A model generated the notes under the pieces. That model was not told the DNA's origin, made no database searches, and saw only the letters and a list, made by a program, of their open reading frames with translations. A DNA stretch of 64,000 nucleotides from the human T2T-CHM13v2.0 reference genome, Homo sapiens, in assembly GCF_009914755.1 (NCBI RefSeq), contig NC_060948.1. One strand, written 5' to 3'. The translations under genes were made by a program, and so were the position numbers. Positions 61,344 through 64,000 of this stretch are shown piece by piece (the stretch's first letter is position 1; each line of letters starts with the position of its first letter).

Positions 61344-63435
61344 AGATCCATATTTTTTAAATGAAAAAAAATTTCAAAGGTACTCTGCTTGGTACAATAA
61401 TCAAATGTATAAACTGAGGAATAAAACATAACCATGAAACCTACTTATAACTGCATATGGAAAATACAGAGGATAATTTTTTAAATAACATATTTTGAAA
61501 GCCTTAACTAGTAATTTGAAGAGTTGGCATTTGAAAGGCCAGTATGAATATACCTTCAAAGCAGCAACACAGGTTCCCCATGAGAAAAAGCAAACACAGG
61601 GAAAATAAAAACACAAAGGTTCTATCTCTTCTGACCTTTGAAAGACACAGCACAGACAGTGGTCCTTAGGACGAAGAGCAGGAGACCCCTAATTCCGTCA
61701 CCATGGCGATAGGGCATAAACATTGCTGGGTGAGGGCACAATCCACATTGTGAGGTCCAACTGCTGCCAGGAAGACAGGAGTGCTTTTACATATACCGAA
61801 AGGTCATTGAAGGCTCAGAGTTTTGTTTCAAGGACTGAATCCCAAGCCCACACGTTATTAGGCTGCGCTTCTTAAAACAAGTTATGAGATGGGAAAAAGG
61901 GCACCCACAAACATACGTATACATTATGTATATAATAATATACAGTATCATATATATAATATATATAACCTATGTATAATATTGTTTTACATCCTGCATC
62001 TTATGTTATATATATTGTATAAAATATAATAATTGATAATATATAAGTTTTATACTTATACAATATGACATATAGTATATATTATAATTTATGACATATA
62101 TAATATATGTTATATATCATATATAGAATATATTATACGGTTAATATACGTATTAAATATAAATTATACATTATATATATTATATATAATATATCTGTTA
62201 TATATAATACCCATTATGCATAATATATATATTATGTCTATGTTATATATAGTATAAAACAACATATAATAATATATAATTGTATATATAAAATGCGACA
62301 TATAATATATATTATATTTTATAACATATGTAATACATATTATATATTATATATAATACGTTGTATGTATACCTATATTAAATATATATTATATGACTAT
62401 GTTATTAATTACATGTCACATGTGTTATATATTATATATTTTACATAGAATATACCGCTTACATACAATATATACTATGTTACCTATAATGTATAATTTA
62501 TTACATGTAAAATAAAGAATGCAATATATTATGTATAATTTATAATATACAATATGTGGAATGTGATATATATAACATATAATATATGATATATGATATA
62601 CAGTATATGATATATAACATACAATATATGATTCCTAATATATATGGTATACAATATATATTTTATGATATGTATTCTATATGTTTTATATTCTGTTATA
62701 TATAACTATTTGAAATTATATATAACTGTATAATATTTTATGTAAATATGTAATATAATATATATAACTATATCATATATTATGTTATATATACTTTTAT
62801 AACATAATTTACATAAAATATCATAACATAATATATATTATATTATTTCATATTACATAATATATATTACATATCACCCAATATAAGTAACATACATAAT
62901 ATTATAATATAGATTATATTATGTTATATTAAATATCATATATGTCATGTATCATATATTCTATAATATATATTACACATTATATAATATGTATGTTGTC
63001 TATTATGTGATATATATAACTCTATATATAATTATATTATTATACATATAACTAGATAAACATGTAATTCTACATATTTTCATTTATAATATGTAGAATT
63101 ATATAATCATATATAATTATTTATATTCTATAAAAAATTTTATCATTATATAAATTATAATATATAAAAATTATAATATGTACTACAAATATATATATTA
63201 TATATCATATATGATATAGTACCTTTGTTATATATCATAATACATATAAATGTGTATTATGTTATCTATAATTATATAATTTCATATATAAGATGTATAA
63301 TATGTATCATATATTATATATGTTATGTAATATATATAGTATATATAAGATGACACAGGATAAATATTATATACTATGACATATAAAATATATGAGGTTA
63401 TATGTTATATATAAGGCATAGCACATAACATGTAA

Positions 63436-63744
<309 letters not shown>

Positions 63745-64000
63745 AGATCCATATTTTTTAAATGAAAAAAAATTTCAAAGGTACTCTGCTTGGTACAATA
63801 ATCAAATGTATAAACTGAGGAATAAAACATAACCATGAAACCTACTTATAACTGCATATGGAAAATACAGAGGATAATTTTTTAAATAACATATTTTGAA
63901 AGCCTTAACTAGTAATTTGAAGAGTTGGCATTTGAAAGGCCAGTATGAATATACCTTCAAAGCAGCAACACAGGTTCCCCATGAGAAAAAGCAAACACAG

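Overview
The whole 64 kb window is one uninterrupted head-to-tail tandem array of a ~2,420 bp unit (27 Alu-containing copies, about 26.4 units, all in the same orientation; measured unit lengths 2,401-2,422 bp). Each unit has three parts: a minus-strand, 5'-truncated, heavily diverged AluY-type element (~292 bp); a ~570 bp mixed-composition segment matching the description of HSATI; and ~1.55 kb of extremely AT-rich degenerate (TA/TAA/TAT) sequence. This architecture and a predicted 2,146 bp HaeIII fragment match the human DYZ2 / HSat1B satellite, typical of Yq12 heterochromatin. Smaller HSat1B arrays also exist on acrocentric short arms, so chromosomal origin is inferred. I see no credible gene, RNA gene, CRISPR array or new biological system, and all listed ORFs look like artefacts of the repeat. 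What is worth a second look is the array's internal history, read by eye from shared variants: two separate 4-unit (~9.7 kb) local duplications, long-range sister segments 8, 10 and 23 units apart, chimeric units with mappable switch points, a short conversion-like patch, and a microhomology-bounded 17 bp deletion. Units are numbered U1-U27 by Alu order; 'Un-AT' is the AT-rich block following unit n's Alu and HSATI.
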